A stretch of DNA of 47,387 bases from Trypethelium eluteriae (taxonomy: Eukaryota): positions 1 to 47,387 of the forward strand of contig JAVECL010000130.1 in assembly GCA_051942245.1 (NCBI GenBank). The letters run 5' to 3'. The position numbers were made by a program, and so were the translations under genes. The notes below the pieces were generated by a model. It ran no database searches. It saw only the letters and a program-made list of their open reading frames with translations, and was not told where the DNA came from. The first letter of the stretch is position 1; every line of letters begins with the position of its first letter. This document shows positions 12,026 through 23,730 of the stretch, in pieces.

Positions 12026-14592
12026 ATGGCCGATGTGATGCGGCCATCGAGCTTCTTGCCCGCAATAAAATGTTCGGATTGCGGGCAGGAGATTGAGATT
12101 TCAATGATGGGGGATCATGTTTGCAGTGGACCACAAGACGGTATGTCCCGTACCACATGAACCTTGCTTTTGCGAACAGCATTGATTAACGGGAACTCAG
12201 CCGCAAAACCTTCTTCGAACTCCGCACAATCGCGAACGGTGGACAACCCATTCCTTAAACCCAGCCAAGGAAGAGATCGATTGTACTCGAATCCGGCCAA
12301 AGCCGCACCTCCTCGAATAGATCCATCTGCAGCAAGTAAGCCGGCAACGATAGTATATCATAGTTCTCAACCCCTTCAAGTGCTTACAGTAGTTAGATCG
12401 ACCATTCCTCGGTAGAGGTCAAACTACGCCGTCAAGCGGATATAGCAATTATTCGCGGACCCCTTCTCCTCTGAGTCCTCAAAGTCGAACAAAATCACCC
12501 CGACCTTTAGCCCGATCGACTACCAGTCCTTTGCCTCGACCGTACGATCCTCCTTCACCTGAATTTCCTTCTTCGAATCTGGATTGTGCTTTCCCTCCGT
12601 TCCCGACCTCTCGCAGTGGCACGCCGGATTCGACAAATAGCAGCGCTCCAAAGACACAGGATCGCTCACGTAAATTCAATGCGGAGCCGGATACCTTGTA
12701 CGCGTCAGCGCAAGCCGGATCTAATAACACAGGCATTTTACAACGAATAAAAACAATATCACCAGGACCTTTCACTGAAAGACCGAACGGAGATTGGCAA
12801 GATCTCAAGTCACCAAACAATGCGACAGCATCAAGGCATAGACGGACAGCTACTACAAGTAGTGTGAGGGATTCATTACGGAGCAGTAGTTCGGAAAAGA
12901 AAGGGCGAGGACGACGGCCGTCTGGTTCAATCTTGGATCGTGGCTACGGCTCTATAGCAGCGAAAGCAGACACGAAGGAGACGGATCAACTTTCTGCTGG
13001 AAACGCCTCGGCGAATATCAAGAAGCCTCCTCCTCGACCAGCTCGACCGACAGAGAATGTTGACTGGTTTCTCCATGACCTGAGTCGGAGAGAACCACAA
13101 TCGACAGGGCAACGACTAAGCCAAGAAACACGATCGAAAACCTTTCCACTGAGGAAAGAGAGCCAAGATGATACTGACAGTGCGCCACCATCTCACGCAA
13201 GAACTTTCTCTGCGTCTTCGCATACTCGACATCCCTCGCTTCCGTCAAACCCGAAAGCTGGTGCTGCTCGGCCTTCATTGATGTCACGCAATGCAGCAAA
13301 GGTTGAGCAACCAAAATATCCTAATGCATACGAAGCGGAGAGAAATGGTTTGCGAAATCGCAGCGGAAGTCGTAGCGGTATGCGACCTGACCTACAGCAG
13401 CTGAATCCACCACCACTACCACCTCCAAGCTCTCGACGACCAAGCCTGGCATCTGGGACCAGCCACAGACGTGCAGAATCGTCATCATCTAGTGGATCAG
13501 ATGGCAGAAGATATGGCTCAAAGTCCACACCACCCACTTCGGCTTCGTCAAGCATGTCATCTACTGCAAGCTCCGCAGAGCTTTTCTCAAAACCCAGTGC
13601 GGTACCCTCCCGACCAGCCACAAGCCAGGGAAGGATTGAAACATCGTTGAGGGCAAAACCTGGTAGTCAGCAATTTCAATCGCTGAATGCATTCGCCGAG
13701 CCTGCAGTTCCGTCATCCACCATGAACCGACCCAATGCACCTCGGCCTTTGGGTGCTCCGAACCAAGCTCCTATTGAAGACGGGCCAGAATCGCCTATGG
13801 ATCCCGCAATCCAAAGAGGTCTCTTCAATTCGCCTCCCTTCTCAGGTGTATCTAAATCAGTCCCGCAAATACCTTCAAAATCCAGAGCACCCAGCCTCTC
13901 CAAGCCTCTACCCCCCGAACCTCCACCCCAATCAGTCCCGTCTGCGCCAAAACTCGATACACCTCCATCACCCAAGTCTGATCCACTTCCACCCAAAGTC
14001 GACCCATCTCCAATGCAGAAGCGGCCTCTCGCAACCAAAGGCAACTGTCGCGGCTGCGGCGAGCCCATCATCGGTAAATCCATCAAAGCCGCCGACGGCC
14101 GGCTCACAGGCCGCTACCACAAGCAATGTAAGCGCATTCCCCCGTCTTCCTCACGCTTCCCCAACCCAAACCCATTCACTAACACTTTTCTCGCATCCAG
14201 GCTTCGTCTGCAAAACCTGCGCCTCGCCCTTCGCCACCACCTCCTTCTATGTGCTCGGCGACCACCCTTACTGCGAGCAGCACTATCATACCCTCAACCA
14301 CTCCCTCTGCCACACCTGCACGCGCGGCATCGAAGGTGAGTATCTGGAGACGGAGGCGCGCCAGAAATATCATCCGAGCTGCTTTACTTGTGGCCAATGC
14401 GGTGTTGTGCTCGCGCGCGATTACTTTGACGTTGGGGATGGGGTGTATTGTGAACGGCATGCGTTTGGCCAGGTCGGGCAACACGCTGGCAGCGGCAGCG
14501 GTGGAGGGCTTCTGGGAGTGGGATTAGGAGTGGGAATGGGTGGGGCGAGGAGAAATCCGGAGAGGAGGACTACGAGATTGATGATGATGTGA
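12026..14592 (+). CDS. LIM-domain (paxillin-like) protein with N-terminal CxxC..H.C motif, Ser/Pro-rich middle and two C-terminal LIM zinc fingers. Exons 12026-12140, 12201-12335, 12397-14127, 14201-14592
   Basis: N-terminus IKCSDCGQEIEISMMGDHVC. LIM1 CRGCGEPI..YHKQCFVCKTC..PYCEQH; LIM2 CHTCTRGI..YHPSCFTCGQC..VYCERH. C-terminus RNPERRTTRLMMM. Three GT-AG introns restore the frame. Confidence 0.9.
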
Positions 14593-15095
14593 ATAGGTGT
14601 ATGGGGTGAACTAAGGTTGATATTTGGGTTTGGTTTGGTTATTTTGAGAACTGGTACGGGTGGTGTACGGAGTGGTGGAGACTCGAGGGAAAGGTAGGGC
14701 CGCCTTGGTCGCTCATTTTTGCATTTCTGTGGAGTCTGTTGGATTTCCTGTTTCTCTCTTTCATGGGCCGGATACCCTTCGCTTTATACCCCATGGCATG
14801 GTTTTTGGGTTTGCCATCTTCGTTTCATCACAACGACAGTTCTGTGGTCGCATGAGGCATTGTTTGCGGAATACCCTTCTAGTTTCGATCCATCTCCCAG
14901 CTTTATTGTATATTAGTACATGCTCCTCACGAGCTGAAAGCCCATCCTGACGGTGTTGGTAATCTTTGTAGTTTGAAGAAAATGATAGGATTCCGTGCAC
15001 GTCTTATGTTCATGCTCAATGAGGTGTAGTGACTCTCTTCTGCTGCACGTTTGACGCAAGGATGAGAGTAGTTCTCCAGTGGGAAGCGTTTCTTC

Positions 15096-15119
15096 GCTTG
15101 CTTGCTTGCTTGCTTGCTT
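15096..15119. repeat. (GCTT)6 tetranucleotide microsatellite
   Basis: Six perfect GCTT units read directly from the sequence. Confidence 0.9.
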
Positions 15120-16475
15120 GCATGCATAAGGTATGCAAGGACTCGGCTAGACAACTGTGCAAGGAACGCTTCAACTTTCGGTGTTTCGATAGGTACCGAG
15201 ATTCAGATCAGCCCATTCAAATTGCCTTCAAAACTGATTTCTCATTGTGCTAAGATCGCTGTCTGAGTTGGTCGTCATTGAATGCTTTGGGAGCATTATT
15301 TGGTGGATCCCCGGGTTTCACTTGGAAGAAGTTGACAAATGCAGAAAGACCGGGATTTAGTGACAAGGATGACCAATGCCAATAGAAGCTAGCCTCTTTG
15401 GGATGGAGGGTCTCTCTGCATGTCCGTCCCACCAAATCGAGGTTTTCTGCCAGCCGGGTACCTACTGAACTATTCCTTGAAGCGAGCGCTTCGGAATTTT
15501 TTTTTGTGTCTCCTCTAAAGTTTGTGTATGAGATGGGTAGTCATGACGTGGTGCTGGTCTCTTCCTCGTAGTTGTAAGTTTAGGAAGTAAAAAGTATCGT
15601 CCGGAAGGCTTCCCGGGCCTGGACAGGGGTACGCAAGTCAACCTTGATTATGCCTGCAGAGGCGGTAGTTTTCTAGAAAAGACGGAAGAAGTTCGAAGGA
15701 GTTGTGGGACATGGTGAACAGGCCATCAAAGTTACGCCATTGGGGGCCGTAAGAGGCAGGTCGATGGCAATCCGGGGTGAGCAGGTCGAGTTGAATGATG
15801 GTATGCATGTCAGAGTACGAGCCCGTAGCTTGGTCTTCCATTCGGCAAATTGTGATGATACTGCAACGAGTGGTTCGAGTTCAAGCAAGCCGATCTTTGG
15901 TAAGGGCTACCGAGAGATGGAGAGCAGCGGTGTTTGACGAGGGCTAGGAGGAGTGGCAGCGATGGCTGAGATTCGCTGGAAAGACGGCCTGATCGGCAAA
16001 GGAGTGTTTCGGGGTGCAGCAACAGGCATGAGGGCACACCCATGGCGCCCCTTTCTGTCTTGGTCGACGCTCCAGTGCTCACTTCGACTACGACCAACAT
16101 CTCTGCCGCCGCCGCTGAGCTGCCATTCCAACATTAGATGGTTAGGTGGTTAGCAAAAAGCAATCCGCTCCAAACTTCGCCCGCAAGATCAACTCTCAGC
16201 TGCCTCTCCGCCTCGCCGCCGGCGTCATCGAGGAGCCCCAGGTTGCACCGCAGTTGAATCTCCCTCGACTCCCTCGTCTCCCTGCGGCTCGTACTTGGCC
16301 CGCGCTCCGGACCGCCCGAACTGGTAGTCAGTTAACTAGCGTGTTCGGCCACATCTGAGACGAGCTCCACCTCAACCTGCCCGGAACTTTCGTCCTTCTG
16401 ACAAAGCCCTTCCACATTCACACGTGTAACGGGCATAATCGTGAACACGCCTCTTGATACCCGCTGAATACTCAG

Positions 16476-16693
16476 GTAAGCTTGTCTATTGATGACCGTT
16501 GTTGTCGCCTGCTCTGCTGTGATTGCAGTCACTTACTCCTTTCCGCCCGGCTCCCCCGACGATCGGCCTTGAAGGCCGACCAACACCAGCCTTTAGCAGC
16601 GACATGACTTTCGCGGTGCTATGCAGACCACACGCGGCTTAGCTCGCTCACCTTCAAGTTACATGTCAGCTTGCTGATCTTCGTGCCTCACAG
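16476..16693 (+). other. Probable 5'-UTR intron of the G-alpha gene
   Basis: Strong donor CAG|GTAAGC at 16476, branch-like GCTGAT at about 16673, acceptor CACAG ending 16693, 120 nt upstream of the ATG. Confidence 0.55.
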
Positions 16694-16812
16694 CATCCGA
16701 TACCATCCTGAAATTTTTTTACCGAACTCGCCAATCTCTCCGCGCCTTTCTCGCCTTCCATTCATCAGTCCTTCATTGAAAACCCGGAGAATCGTCTCCA
16801 TCCGCCGTTACA

Positions 16813-18055
16813 ATGGGTTGCGGTATGAGTACAGAGGAGAAGGAGGGCAAGGCGAGAAACGAGGAGATCGAGAACCAGTTGAAGCGGGACAAGATGATGC
16901 AGCGCAATGAAATCAAGATGCTCTTGCTCGGTTCGTCTATAACTTTGCCAAGCAAGTCTCAGCAGTGAAGAGATTGTTAACAGGTTATGCAGGTGCTGGT
17001 GAATCTGGAAAATCGACCATCCTTAAACAGATGAAGCTCATCCATGAGGGAGGCTATTCCCGTGACGAGCGGGAGTCCTTCAAGGAAATCATCTTTAGCA
17101 ACACAGTGCAGTCGATGCGCGTCATTCTGGAGGCCATGGAGTCATTAGAACTTCCTCTCGACGATCAGCGAGCCGAATATCATGTCCAGACCATCTTCAT
17201 GCAACCGCAACAGATTGAGGGAGAAAGTCTTCCACCAGAGGTCGGGCAGGCAATCTCGACACTCTGGAAAGACGCTGGTGTTCAAGCTTGCTTCGCGCGT
17301 TCACGAGAATACCAACTCAATGATTCTGCCAAATAGTATGTTCAATATGCCCCACTATATATCCCTTCTATCAACTCACATTCACTCTCAGCTACTTCGA
17401 CTCTATCGACCGCATTGCCTTGCCTGACTATGTACCAAACGACCAGGACGTCCTTCGCTCTCGTGTCAAGACTACTGGTATCACGGAAACCACCTTCATC
17501 ATCGGTGATCTAACATATCGCATGTTTGACGTCGGTGGACAGCGGTCAGAACGGAAGAAATGGATTCACTGCTTTGAGAATGTCACCACAATTCTATTCC
17601 TTGTCGCTATCTCAGAGTACGACCAATTGCTCTTCGAGGACGAAACTGTCAACCGTATGCAGGAGGCCTTGACACTGTTTGACTCCATCTGCAACTCACG
17701 GTGGTTCATCAAAACTTCAATCATTCTCTTCCTAAACAAGATTGACCGATTCAAGGAGAAGTTACCGGTCAGCCCCATGAAGAACTACTTCCCAGACTAT
17801 GAGGGTGGATCTGACTACGCTGCTGCCTGTGACTACATCCTCAATCGCTTCGTCTCTCTGAACCAGCACGAGACCAAGCAGATCTATACTCACTTTACCT
17901 GCGCTACTGATACCATGCAAATCCGATTCGTCATGGCCGCTGTCAATGGTGAGTTCCTCTGGTCCTTGAATAAACACCAATAGTCGTCACAGCATTGCTA
18001 ATTCCTCACAGATATCATTATCCAAGAGAACTTGAGGCTCTGCGGTTTGATATAA
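16813..18055 (+). CDS. fadA: Heterotrimeric G-protein alpha subunit, fungal class I (FadA/GNA-1/MagB). Exons 16813-16930, 16993-17335, 17392-17948, 18012-18055
   Basis: MGCGMS myristoylation start, GAGESGKST P-loop, RSRVKTTGI, DVGGQRSERKKW, FLNKID, TCATDT, and C-terminal ENLRLCGLI. Confidence 0.98.
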
Positions 18056-19031
18056 TCAGCTTAGAGTTATGTGTTGGGGACGAAAGTTGACGTCCAAAAT
18101 CAATGTATTAGCGGTACATGGGAGTTTTTCGAAAGGGAAGTTCGCAGCCTTGCATACGATGTTCAAAGGTTTCTCTTGATCTTCGATATTAAGAGGTCCC
18201 AATCCCGCGGTTCCATATCTGGCGTCATGGTTGGATGTGTTCTCCGCCCAGCACAGTTCGTTGGCTGGGATGGTCTGTGCTAGGTCAATCCTGATCCCAG
18301 TTTGTGATGCAAAAATTCACACACCTTTTGAAGTCACTAAAGTGTTACATACCTCCTCTTTTGTAATGGACTGCGCTTACTGCTGTGTTTTCCTTGCTTC
18401 ACCTTTTTCTTCCTTGTTTTCTCTGTGAGAAGCGCATGAGCGGTGGAGGGTATTGTGCTGATACCCACATAGCTACACCTCCAATGTAACGTGACATAGG
18501 TACCCACCAGAGAACCGGTTTTCTACATATCGTGACTCTCTTCAGTATCGTCCGTGACATTGCTTTCTTTGTTGGCGCGGCACAGAACTTGGACGTGACT
18601 TTTTGTAGATGGGGACTTACCCAACGGTTACTGAAGTGGTGAGTCTTTTTGGAGTATATATCGGCTTCGATACTCTGCCGCAATTCTTCCTCCTTTTCCA
18701 CCAAATTCTTTTGCGTTGGCACTGCCGTCTGATCTTGAAGCTTGATTCATTGGGATACTAGCCTTTCTACAAGTGTGAGAGATTTCTGTTGCTGCTTTTT
18801 GAATTTGGAAATATCTGAGATTTTCTAGTTGAACGATCTGAGCCTCTCAATCTCACTATTTCATCTTCAGGAGGGGCCCAGCCGAATTGTCGATATCTGC
18901 AACAGTGAGAATTTCTGTGGCTGTTCACAGGTTTTCAAAATTCTGAGACATATTTGACTAGGTATACAATTTTCCTCAAGACTGTCATCTAAATACCACG
19001 AAAGCCTTGGAGGGACCACTCCAGAGTAACC

Positions 19032-19319
19032 ATGCCATCTACTCAAGGCAGTGTGCAACACCACTGTCCGGGACTCAAATCGGGAAACTGCAAGCCGAAG
19101 AAAGAGGTCTCTGGCACAGGGGTCAAATACTGTCCTGAGCATCAGGTTTACTGTACGAAGCATGACCTGGACAATCCCTAGATACACATGAAGAACGAAG
19201 AGTGTGCACAGTGCCGCTTTCTGCGTCAACAGCAAGAGCGGAGGGATAGAGAGCGGAGGGAGGAAGAGAAGAAAAAGGCGGCGGAGGAGAAGGATAAAGC
19301 CTGGTACGAAGGAAAGTAG
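19032..19319 (+). pseudogene. Small Cys/His-rich, coiled-coil-tailed protein gene (95 codons) interrupted by one in-frame TAG at 19179-19181; pseudogene or recoded/edited gene
   Basis: ACCATG start. Reads MPSTQGSVQHHCPGLKSGNCKPKKEVSGTGVKYCPEHQVYCTKHDLDNP*IHMKNEECAQCRFLRQQQERRDRERREEEKKKAAEEKDKAWYEGK*. Both halves are protein-like and in the same frame. Confidence 0.55.
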
Positions 19320-19482
19320 GCTGCGACATTGGGACAACCTGACTCGAGCGTACGAGTCTGCCCACAGAGCAGGCAGGTTTATGACTCTTCAACCTACTGG
19401 CTAATGGTGAACGATGCTAGTGAGATGGTTGTGTGATTCAATATTATTAAGATACCCTATTATTACTACTATCTGCCCACAT

Positions 19483-21432
19483 TCATGTGTCGTGGCCCTT
19501 CTCAAACCACCCGAGTTCCTCCCTGTGTATGACTGAGAAGTAAGGATGCGCTTCACTCCACTCCTTCGATAATTGCGCGAAGCGCTCCCAATATTCATTG
19601 TAGCGCCCGGAAGAACAATAAGTAAAAGGTAGAATTCGCCGGATAACTCTTCCCCTCCCGTATGCCTCGTCGAGGTAGCGCGACTTCGAATATCCCGGAT
19701 AGTGAAGCGCCATCTTTTTGACGAAACAATTATAGAAGTGATTCTTAATGCAGTGACCTTCTTCCGTAATCTTGTCGCTGTCATCAGCATATCTGTTCAG
19801 TGGCATGTTATCCCAGTCGTCGTCGAAAGAATAGACACTTGAGCTGCGGTCGCTTTTGCACTTGTCCCAAAGCCATGCTGGAGGTCGCCTTGCTAGCACT
19901 GGTGGAACTGCTCTTGCTCCGTCCCAATCCACTATTGCAGATATTTCCCAAACCTTTCCCGAAGGATGCGTTCGCTTGACGAGAATATTTCGTGGCTCGA
20001 GGTCCCAGTGGTAAAGCACGTTCGGCTGAGGGTACGGGTCGTCGTGAAAATTGAAAATGCCAGTATCTTTCATCTGCTCGACGATTTCTTTCGTACGCTC
20101 CAGAACCATGAGTTCCAGAGAAGGCTCGACCGCTTCATACTCTTCCGAGATACGGAAATTTACAGCGTCAACAATATATTCATATGCGCCATCAATGCGA
20201 CGATCATTCTTGCGCCCATGTCCTTCACCAACGCTGGTCGTGAATTTAAGCTTCTCGGCAAGATCGTCAGGAATAGGGTCAAAGACGTTCATCTTCAAGG
20301 GGTAGCGCGAATGCGCCCTGCTGCGCGATACCCCGTGATGCACTGTGCCGGCTCCCTCGAATCGCACGAACTCCATTTGCCCCAGCAAGTTTGCGATCTG
20401 ACCCGCTATACTGAGTTTTTCATCTACCGTCATTTCATCAAAGATATGATCCAGCCGTGTTCCATAGGCGAATTGTTGTAGCGTGAATGGAGCCTCAATC
20501 ACATTGGAGTGTGTGGCATCGTATGCTAGAATTCGAGGGACCGGAATACCTCGACCTGTGAGTGCGGCGTGAATTGCGGCGTGGTCCAATATATCATTCT
20601 CTTGCTCGAAAATCTTCTTCTCCTTCAGTTCTTGGCTCCATGAGACGTATGCGGAGCGAGTTATTCGGAACACTGCCTTGGTTGTTGATTTCTGCTCTCC
20701 AAAGCGCGCAGTGATAGCGGCAATCCGGTTGTAACTACCACCTTTTATACGCTCCACACTTTCAATCTCAGTAGCTCCCAAGTCCGTGACGAGTCTATGT
20801 ATCTTTTCCTTGTATGTCGTAAATGGCTCCTGCCCACGCAGAAGCGTTTCTGAAGTCAATCCGCGTGAATCCTTGTAATCCTCTTCGTCGTCACTGCCGC
20901 CATCCGTAGCATCGACAGTGCCATTAATAGGAATGTGCGCAATGTCCCTGGCTTCGGTAGAAGACGGTATAACGTAGTAGTCTTCAGCCTCGCCATTTCC
21001 GACTTCGCCATGACCATTGACAGGGGCATCCTGAGACTCGCAAGACGGAAGTTTGTCGTTGTGCTCAGTCATACCGTTGGGTGTTTTGGCACGGCCATTG
21101 AAAGGAGATTGCTTTGATCCACTAGACGGTAATTCATTGTCGTGGACAGTTTGGTCATCAGTAGCTTTGTTGTGGTCTCCGAGAGGTGCACGCTTTGTTC
21201 CGTTGGGCGGCAGTTCATCTTCATGGCTAGATGCATCGTCGGGAGCTTCGCCATGGTCTTCAACGGAAGCAAGCTCTGGTTCGTAAGACGGTGGTGGTTG
21301 AGAATCCTTTGGTCGTCGATGCAATACCTGTAACGCTGCCTTAGTTATGCGAACTTGTCGTTCCGCAAGCCACCGCTTGCACGTCTGAAGATGAAATTTG
21401 GGATGGGTTTTCAGCATGGGCTTTGGCGGCAT
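19483..21432 (-). CDS. Aminoglycoside-phosphotransferase (APH)/choline-kinase-like protein kinase-fold protein, intronless, with N-terminal degenerate repeats
   Basis: Gly-rich KGGSYNRI, IPVPRILAYD, Brenner-like LYHWDLEPRNILV and IVDWDGA motifs. First in-frame ATG (MPPKPML) is at 21432. Confidence 0.8.
   Translation of the reverse strand: MPPKPMLKTHPKFHLQTCKRWLAERQVRITKAALQVLHRRPKDSQPPPSYEPELASVEDHGEAPDDASSHEDELPPNGTKRAPLGDHNKATDDQTVHDNELPSSGSKQSPFNGRAKTPNGMTEHNDKLPSCESQDAPVNGHGEVGNGEAEDYYVIPSSTEARDIAHIPINGTVDATDGGSDDEEDYKDSRGLTSETLLRGQEPFTTYKEKIHRLVTDLGATEIESVERIKGGSYNRIAAITARFGEQKSTTKAVFRITRSAYVSWSQELKEKKIFEQENDILDHAAIHAALTGRGIPVPRILAYDATHSNVIEAPFTLQQFAYGTRLDHIFDEMTVDEKLSIAGQIANLLGQMEFVRFEGAGTVHHGVSRSRAHSRYPLKMNVFDPIPDDLAEKLKFTTSVGEGHGRKNDRRIDGAYEYIVDAVNFRISEEYEAVEPSLELMVLERTKEIVEQMKDTGIFNFHDDPYPQPNVLYHWDLEPRNILVKRTHPSGKVWEISAIVDWDGARAVPPVLARRPPAWLWDKCKSDRSSSVYSFDDDWDNMPLNRYADDSDKITEEGHCIKNHFYNCFVKKMALHYPGYSKSRYLDEAYGRGRVIRRILPFTYCSSGRYNEYWERFAQLSKEWSEAHPYFSVIHREELGWFEKGHDT
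20941..21264 (-). repeat. About four degenerate 81-bp (27-aa) tandem repeats in the N-terminal coding region of the APH-like gene
   Basis: VEDHGEAPDDASSHEDELPPNGTKRAP / LGDHNKATDDQTVHDNELPSSGSKQSP / FNGRAKTPNGMTEHNDKLPSCESQDAP / VNGHGEVGNGEAEDYYVIPSSTEARDI align without gaps at period 27. Confidence 0.75.
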
Positions 21433-23730
21433 CGTCTGAGATGCAAGCCTGAGGATGGGTGCACCAGCGTAGTCTGAGAGAAGAGTGTTGACTTGATAGA
21501 GAACGGTCAATTACAAACCTGTTCCATTGAAGCCTCCGCAGTATGAGATTTCACTCGATTATGACGAGAGACGGTCAGTGAATGGAAATTTGATGCACGT
21601 GGTTTCCTCCCACTGCTGAAGGGCGCAGTCTTTTGCACAGCATTGAATTATGGTTCTTCTGTTTCAGTCACAAGGTGGTCCTGAGTCGTGCTTGCCAAGA
21701 CCATCACACAACGGCTCCCGCGTTCCACATGCTCATCCATGATTATCTGTAAAAAGGTAATTGGGAAGCACGCAAACGCATGACATTGAGTGGCACCTAT
21801 CACATAAGATGTAGAAGTTGATGTGAGGTTGGGTATTTTAATTGACGCTAACCTAAATCGTCCAACGTCACTTCACAGCAACCAAAACAAGAGCAAGATG
21901 TTGACCAGGATATACAGATCCTGCATTCTACGGAACCATGAGAATGACCTCTCCGATCTCGCGCGTGATCGCTCAATTCAAACGTTCTCTCTAGGCACCG
22001 ATATCACTGTCACAGCTTCCTGACCCGAAAGGGAAGATACCAACTTTTCTCATTTACATTTCAACATCAGTCTGAATGATTCCTAGTTCACATTTCAATG
22101 CTTAATATACCAGCGAATGGTATGCACTCAAGGCGAGTAGTCGGAAAGAGTGCGGCTGTCAAGGTTTCTAGAAAGTCTTCAATCCAACGCGACTTTTGAC
22201 AATCCTGGAGCTGTTAGACCTCCAAATACATTTCGCTCTCGCAGGGAATCGAGTAGCATGGACTAGAGCCCCTTCTTATTCCCTGATAGCTTTTAAGTAT
22301 ATCGGATTTGAGTGATATCTCTTTCGAAGTTTACTCGATTGGCGGAAACGTACGCTTTCCTAGGCTTTGCGTCAATAAGAGTGACTATCCCCTTCTTATA
22401 TTTTGATGCTATGATCCTCGGTAACCATTTGTCTATATTCAACCAAATCGTTTCATTAATTTCCAGATCCATTCTAATACAAGAGACGGAACACGAGCTC
22501 ATCAAGGCTTTTGGACCCATCAGAGTTTCTGAGCATGAGATTAATTATAAGGCAACATCCATGACGGAAGTACCTCACCAATCGAATATGCTTGATTGGA
22601 GTTGGAAGACCGTGGAGTACCCTCATCGTCTTTATACAGAGCGAAGCTTTGGCCCCTCCTGTCACTAGGTCGGCCAGTGGCTTATTTGCTTGTGCTCGTA
22701 TCTCGGAGGGTCTGCGTTACTGACCGCGCTCCATACTCCGGTTGTCAACATCTGGCACAAATCGACTAAGGTCGGAAAGAGTAACAGGGATTAGACGCTT
22801 CGAAGAGCTGCCGGTCAATCTGGACCCGAAGCTTTGCGTGGGGGGCTGGCTATTGAGTCTTGGTATGGTCTCACACTTTGCATGCGCCGGCACATACGAT
22901 ACCTTTCTAGTACGGCGACCTATTTTTCGAATCTTGGCACTTATTCGTTTGGTTTTCAGAGATGGTCATTGGACAACGCGATTAGTAGGAAGGCGAGGCT
23001 GAAGCGGCGTCTTTCCTACGGAGAAAAGGTACTGCGTTCTCCGGTAGCATTGCGGGGCGAGAGGCAGATGCCTGCATTTTGAATGCTTTGATCGGTACTC
23101 CGAATTCTCTTCTAGCTCCTCTAAAGATTGCTCTAGAAGAAGAAGGTTGCCATATGATACACAAAGAGCAAAAATAGGCAGCAATTATGTCAAGTAGCGC
23201 ACAGCCTCCTTTTTGGCAGGTGGATGCTGTAGATGAAACGCTTTGGATAATACAAGCATGAGATGGCATCAGTGTGCTTGGAGTTGACGTGTAGAAAGGA
23301 GGCGTAGCGTACCTTAGGGTGTTAGGTTAGGTACCTTAGGTTGACATGGGCCCCCACTTTGATCTGCATTGTGCACCCACATGTTTTGCCCGGCAATTTC
23401 AGGCAGACAAATGAGAAGACAAATAACGACGCGCGATTTTTATTGAACTGATTTGTTTGCTCGTCCATGCCAATGATATTAGTGTGAATCGGAAACACTC
23501 ACAAACACCAAAGGCCGTCGGGTCGCTGCGGCTGTTCAAGTGCATCATAGCGGCACCTGCGGGGCTGAGCTCGCATGCAGTGGCCTCTTCAACTTGGCCT
23601 CTTGCCAGTTGTTTCAAATACTGGCCGACTTCATCGGATGATTTCAGCGGGCGGATGTCTTCATGGGTGAGACGCATTAGACATAGTCTTTCCATTCAGG
23701 TCCATTAGGGGCCTCGCCTTTTCGAATACC

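Noticed and set aside
15580..16134. Collinear minus-strand ORFs separated by TAG codons upstream of G-alpha
   Set aside because: The peptides show no recognisable motif or coding-like composition; probably promoter sequence.
21900..23280. Short ORFs in the APH-PSD2 spacer, possibly a gene relic
   Set aside because: No family was recognisable in the frames read and there is no consistent splice structure; cannot be supported without a translated search.
23310..23345. TTAGGG/TTAGG telomere-like units
   Set aside because: Only one exact TTAGGG plus degenerate units; too short to be an interstitial telomere.
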